Shown here piece after piece: positions 16,401 through 20,000 of a DNA stretch of 20,000 nucleotides. A program made the position numbers and the translations under genes. The notes beneath the pieces were generated by a model, which ran no database searches, was not told the origin of the DNA, and saw nothing but the letters and a program-made list of their open reading frames with translations. The stretch is from an uncultured virus (IMG/VR IMGVR_UViG_3300009376_000008) (taxonomy: Duplodnaviria; Heunggongvirae; Uroviricota; Caudoviricetes), in IMG/VR virus record IMGVR_UViG_3300009376_000008, one strand, 5' to 3'. Position 1 is the first letter of the stretch. Each line of letters starts with the position of its first letter.

Positions 16401-17632
16401 TCTTCGTCTGGAATAAAATGCTTCATACTAGTTGTATACCAGGAAGCACTTTGGTTTTTGACCCCGAGGCCGAGATACTCCAATCTTCTACTATGGCGAC
16501 TAGTAAAGTTTCTTCGATATGGAAGAGCCCCAATAAATGGAAAAACCCCCATGTCCCATACGGCCTGCAAAAATGCTCCCGTTGGGTTCTGGGCTGCGGG
16601 AAAGTCCATGGCAGAAAGCTCCTCGTGGGCATCTCCTCTAATGGTTTCTTTAATTGCTAATTCAACATTATTTGTTTCTTCCAAAACAGAAAACAAATCA
16701 TTTGTTTGCGAAATTTTAAGATCGTATAACTCTTTTATAACATCAAAATCAGGATAGTCCTGAATTAGCGATAACGCGTTGTATACATTTTCTACTTTGA
16801 CAAACCTTTCGGCCAGTAGATCATCAAATATATCGCCGCCGGTAACTAGGTCCTTATTTGGCCTAGTAGAACAAATAACAGATGGCCTATCAGAATTTAT
16901 GCCCAATCCAGCAAACTTTGCTGTGTTTGGGACTGGGGCAGTTTCGACAATTACGATGTCGGAATAAATGTTACTATTCGCCATCTGCAAAGAATCTGAA
17001 AAGTCTTTTGCTTCCGCATTAGTGAACGCCATCTCTGCTGTCGGAACAATCTCTAGATCAACCAAATCAACCGTCATTTGGTCTGGTACCTTTTGGACAG
17101 CGTATGATCTGTTCATTTGAGAATATCTTCTACGATAACGGCGAAGCCTTAACGAATTAGATCTAGAGCGAGAATATCCAACTCCCGCACCGGAACCTAC
17201 GCGAGAATATCGGCTGACTCTCCCTTGTTTAACAGCGTCGCGGCGTTGTCGAGCCTCAATTTGCTGTCGACGTGCCATAAGCGCTAGCCATGGATTTGGT
17301 ATCTTTTTAAGATAAAACACATCCATGGTTCTTATGTTTATTTTAACATAAAATAAATCCTTGGCATTAGCAGCCTGATCTGTCGTCCGGCCGGTGGAGA
17401 TGTATAGTCTAACGTCTGTACCGCTCCTCCTAATTAGTTTTCCAAACATTCTAGAAAGCGGAACTCGAGTTTTCGCGGATATTGCCTGAAGGGCTTTGGT
17501 AGGATTAACATTAGGCATCGGAACTATTTTTGAAATATCTCGGGCCAGAGAATGAATTCTCATCCACCCAGCCGTTGGATCAGAAAAAATTCCCACAGTT
17601 TGACTTTGGGCAGATGTATAGCTATTGGCCAT
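13421..17632 (-). CDS. Large hypothetical protein (~1403 aa), probably virion structural or internal
   Basis: Long uninterrupted ORF in the structural block. The preferred start is the ATG at 17632 (MANSYT), 1 nt after the upstream stop and preceded by GAGGACGGGG, rather than 17656. Basic Arg-rich N-terminal segment and acidic body; no catalytic motifs recognised. Confidence 0.75.
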   Translation of the reverse strand: MANSYTSAQSQTVGIFSDPTAGWMRIHSLARDISKIVPMPNVNPTKALQAISAKTRVPLSRMFGKLIRRSGTDVRLYISTGRTTDQAANAKDLFYVKINIRTMDVFYLKKIPNPWLALMARRQQIEARQRRDAVKQGRVSRYSRVGSGAGVGYSRSRSNSLRLRRYRRRYSQMNRSYAVQKVPDQMTVDLVDLEIVPTAEMAFTNAEAKDFSDSLQMANSNIYSDIVIVETAPVPNTAKFAGLGINSDRPSVICSTRPNKDLVTGGDIFDDLLAERFVKVENVYNALSLIQDYPDFDVIKELYDLKISQTNDLFSVLEETNNVELAIKETIRGDAHEELSAMDFPAAQNPTGAFLQAVWDMGVFPFIGALPYRRNFTSRHSRRLEYLGLGVKNQSASWYTTSMKHFIPDEEELEPGQRASGRGKRYEFQGGSNIYNLLEGHGETNPDQFAAGWGIMGDHYGPSRNLSMMSGRQWTDVYNSTRGGNLNTSIVGNCNRIWTEMVLSKLVTAEHEIAVWAKENQSTNFGEYFLDGVSASKPITSLEVPTKMGSIAKFVLDGQTYYPFEESISALNKSRRGAPVTGRTFYEDILQPALGDVIEGREYNLDTIAAWMDEANTQTTEFMDFLNVFIEEGGPLIIFNEVVVAILNTLTTDTPFSHPISGVSSNLYDADDWDLVERMRFLRNMSLYVQAEAHVTNLVYNTLAWNGSPRDIYMLVYNVGIYQGTSTEAGVTGKAFRSAYYTDARNNTEEDKRVQPSDDTTSVQYFNTMVSFANYLFEQIEIGITNSISLLLATKGLIDADVDFDYSSEVSGFYEAGSLGDSRSVCFGIPRFQLRMMLWRIITELIKLSETESNTTNHTGLEAQEIFWTQIAALAVTNIDPEIGPYRWGISTGSEPVPTSFGDLIDEEFFGNLIPTAIQEEMESGPGSTTTSTTDATTGETITTTEENESAITEDWEFLQEEDDYCPFTYILSGEDSETDTDALVFANRGAWSGLLDDFTEWRTHGMAYKGFITSVVTPFENLPNLLESLAANEKIDSIKEVSQFPGIEGADVVLYSSKVQDFNRRKDMVVNEGSAALAYLPAKYLKTTNEYLCAKAVVQEALEDFQRPETAKFHTVGIPCGLISGLGDPFEPINLRKHASFAFFMDFEFSSVDNVFMPNIYLVPGSLGSADPEAGIESILKTSKFLLVTESAHNFVSYDDAFEFVEEAVSQSGAAAEADAILRNHLISYCIKECMEIMNGMVIDENTFRYDPKLPNTIVEADIQGLLPDLLKDPPENIADYFDDTRLKTALELSKENPDLSISEINTIQATLESRILSAATIPASMLGVRLFDRVFHIISHPNQFYVTRKMSTGASEIGLSDLQGTPQFIEDDKLKIDMEDEPHGNKLYNDHIASYSFDLEG

Positions 17633-17633
17633 T

Positions 17634-20000
17634 TTATTCCCCGTCCTCTTCGTCATCCGGAAGCATAATGCTGACTTCCTGACTCAAAAACAATTGTTTA
17701 AAATCCAGGCCGCGGCCCTTTATTTGATAAAAAACAGACTCTCCAATTTGATCAAGCATCTGATAATCATAATATGCAAATTCGGAACTATTAGGAATAA
17801 ACATCCTATCTATTACTGCAGACTCATCTAAAGAATCAACGCCAGCAATTAACTCAATATGATCTAAATCATCAGTTAAATAATCTGGAATAGAGAATTT
17901 AATCTCTATCATTTTTTTATCTTCATAATCGGTCTGAATTCGAAGCGCAATATCTAGCTGTACATCTAACTCAAATTTTGGAACAAAGACCTGGGATGAT
18001 CTAGCTGAGGATGTTTTTGCAATTTCCATAACATTGGTTCTAGATAATTGAGAAAACCGAGCCGGTAAAATGCCTAATTCAACATTGGATGGATGATCAA
18101 AAATAAACGGATCATATTCATAGGGAAGTCGGCCTTGAGCCACTTTTCCCGGAATTGTTGCTATTCCTGCAACATTTCGTAATTCCACGCCAAGTGGATA
18201 AGCTGCTACGCGACAAATATACAAATATGTTCGATTCGGGAGAATTGGCGTATAACCGTTTTCAACAGCAGTCTCAGAATTATCCTTTAGACTAAAGGCT
18301 ATCCTGTCACCAGACATCCTACGGGACTCAATATCGGATACCCCAACGTTAATAATGGGTTCCATTAAAATCTCTTCTTCTCCAGTTAACAGATCTATTC
18401 TCGTAATAGCAAGACGAACAATTTTTAGTCCACGGGCTGCAGCCTTGATTGTGGAGTCTGACGGGTTAGAAAGAGAGGCGTCGTCTTTAGTGAGGTAGGC
18501 ATCTGGGATTGTTACTACTCCTCTCATTTCTACCGATTCTTCGTCTCTATTAAACCTAGTATAAAAACTCCTAATTCGACCAGGTTCATTACCTAATGTT
18601 GCAGTAAATTTAACCAGAGGTTTGTCTAAGAAAGAATGAACGATCCCATTTCGATCAACTGCGCGGACAACGTACGTAATCTCTTGTTCAACAGGGCTAG
18701 GCCGATCATAAAAAGTTAACATTGAACTACGGCGACCAGAAGTAACCCTTCCGTCAACAAGAATTTCTTCCCCATCCAGACTAGAATTCCTATAGATCAA
18801 AACCTTATTCGCGTAAAACGGAAGATTTCGGATGCTAAGCCTAACATAGCCTCTTTGCTGATAACCATAAATGATTGGTTCAGTGCTTCTTTGCGATTTC
18901 CAATTCGCTGTTCTATAAATCCTATAAGAAAATACTGGCATGCGTGTTCCACCTACTATTGGTAAACAAACATATTTGTAGAGTCTTTCGTTTCCAACTA
19001 TATCAGTAAACATAAAAAACTCTTCTTTAGTAGCAAAACTAAGTGTTTGGATTAGTTCGTATTCATCTTCCCACTGCCTATCAGAGATCTCTCTACGATA
19101 AATCTCTATTCCATCAATAGCCGACCGTTGTGGACGCGTAACAAGAACATTTACTTGATTGTTTTCTAATGGAGAAACTTGCACATTGGGAACATCTTCT
19201 TCGAACTTATAAAACCTTACAGTCGACATTGGCAGCCTATAATCAGGTTTCTTGGCCACGACGATACGTCTCATTTCGCCAGTACGTTCGCTCCTTATAA
19301 TAACGCCAAGCTCTTTACCAGTCGACGGCATTTCAACAGTAATATCGCGAGTCATTCTTATTGGTTCGCGTTTGGTTTTCAAACCCTTTACTTTTGGCCG
19401 CTTTTTTATTACTTTAAAATTAATAGAGCTTTTTTGCCGGCCGGGATCTACAGAACCTTTCATCATCTCTTTAACTGTTATTCCTGGAAACGGTCTACGA
19501 TTGGCCCTATTAAACTCTTTAGCATTCATTACCTTGTCAATCATTGGCTCTGGTATTAATTCTCGCTCTTTTTTAGAACTGGCCCCTTTTTCTTCAGGCT
19601 CGGCCGAATATACACTGCGGATTTCTGCGAGGATCTGTGTTTCGTCAACATCTGCGGATGTCTCTGCAGTATTCGTAGTCTCGCTGGCTTCTCCGCCGAG
19701 TCTTTCCTCTAACTTCCCTGTTGAATCAATAAACTCTGGTTCCTGCGGAAGTGCTGATACAGAACTTCTGATAAATTTAGACTCTATTTTCTTCCGTACC
19801 TTAGATACTGTCGGCCGGATCTTAGCATAATCTTTCTGTGGGCCTAAAGCCTCCTTACCATTTAAGGCCTCAAACTTAAAGGCGTCAACGCCTTCTTTTA
19901 TGTCAATGGTTTGTATTACTTTATCAGGCGATGTATACATCCGTTGATTTAAAAGCAGCGTAACCTCTTGTGGTGTAGATACTGGGTGGCTCGGTATCGG
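17634..20000 (-). CDS. FN3/Ig-like repeat protein, probably 5'-truncated by the window edge
   Basis: The frame has no stop between 19940 and 20000 (PIPSHPVSTPQEVTLLLNQR then MYTSP), so the true start may lie outside the window. Repeated FN3-like motifs: IEIYRR...FTD...YKYVC, VLIYRN...FYD...TYVVRAVDRNG, NRTYLYICR and YYD...FYQIKG. Confidence 0.7.
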   Translation of the reverse strand, partial: PIPSHPVSTPQEVTLLLNQRMYTSPDKVIQTIDIKEGVDAFKFEALNGKEALGPQKDYAKIRPTVSKVRKKIESKFIRSSVSALPQEPEFIDSTGKLEERLGGEASETTNTAETSADVDETQILAEIRSVYSAEPEEKGASSKKERELIPEPMIDKVMNAKEFNRANRRPFPGITVKEMMKGSVDPGRQKSSINFKVIKKRPKVKGLKTKREPIRMTRDITVEMPSTGKELGVIIRSERTGEMRRIVVAKKPDYRLPMSTVRFYKFEEDVPNVQVSPLENNQVNVLVTRPQRSAIDGIEIYRREISDRQWEDEYELIQTLSFATKEEFFMFTDIVGNERLYKYVCLPIVGGTRMPVFSYRIYRTANWKSQRSTEPIIYGYQQRGYVRLSIRNLPFYANKVLIYRNSSLDGEEILVDGRVTSGRRSSMLTFYDRPSPVEQEITYVVRAVDRNGIVHSFLDKPLVKFTATLGNEPGRIRSFYTRFNRDEESVEMRGVVTIPDAYLTKDDASLSNPSDSTIKAAARGLKIVRLAITRIDLLTGEEEILMEPIINVGVSDIESRRMSGDRIAFSLKDNSETAVENGYTPILPNRTYLYICRVAAYPLGVELRNVAGIATIPGKVAQGRLPYEYDPFIFDHPSNVELGILPARFSQLSRTNVMEIAKTSSARSSQVFVPKFELDVQLDIALRIQTDYEDKKMIEIKFSIPDYLTDDLDHIELIAGVDSLDESAVIDRMFIPNSSEFAYYDYQMLDQIGESVFYQIKGRGLDFKQLFLSQEVSIMLPDDEEDGE

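Noticed and set aside
13421..17632. Tape measure protein or virion RNA polymerase call for the giant ORF
   Set aside because: No periodic Ala/Gly-rich helical repeats and no DxDGD-type motif were seen, so it is left as hypothetical.
17633..17656. ORF-track start at 17656 for the 1411-aa protein
   Set aside because: It overlaps the upstream gene by 23 nt. The ATG at 17632 follows the upstream stop directly and has a purine-rich SD-like sequence.
186..17831. Other short (60-100 aa) plus-strand and nested minus-strand ORFs in the track
   Set aside because: They overlap well-supported minus-strand genes, mostly use non-ATG starts and show no motifs.
19179..19830. Plus-strand ORFs of 126 aa and 192 aa
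   Set aside because: Both are entirely antisense to the long FN3 gene. The 192-aa ORF has the Ser/Leu/Ile/Phe-rich composition typical of shadow frames, and neither has a recognisable motif.
1..20000. Stop-codon reassignment (alternative genetic code)
   Set aside because: Genes are full length in the standard code. TAG (92, 6405), TGA (2061, 5466) and TAA all terminate genes right next to the following start.

Overview
A gene-dense stretch (roughly 40% GC by eye) of a large tailed dsDNA phage genome (Caudoviricetes) with a T4 gp17-type terminase. All credible genes are on the minus strand, abutting or overlapping, and TAA, TAG and TGA all serve as stops (standard code). In transcription order (20000 to 1) it starts with a probable virion/tail-baseplate block: two FN3/Ig-like proteins, a ~1400-aa protein of unknown function, a 229-aa protein, and two paralogous proteins, one with a LamG-like insert. 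Next come a RuvC-like resolvase, a DnaG/T4 gp61-type primase, a single-chain Mre11-Rad50 (SbcD-SbcC) fusion, a small Cys-rich Zn-finger protein, a 129-aa unknown, the terminase large subunit and the start of a probable portal gene. The most notable points are the fused Mre11-Rad50 with a C-x6-C hook and a repeated AATTATAATT+SD leader (candidate phage promoter). Also notable are a tail-collar (DUF3751-like) fold apparently split across genes, [S/T]GS tripeptide enrichment in two structural paralogs, and an apparent excess of GGCC/TCTAGA palindromes. No tRNA, rRNA, CRISPR array or mobile element was seen. All calls come from reading motifs by eye; no database search was run.
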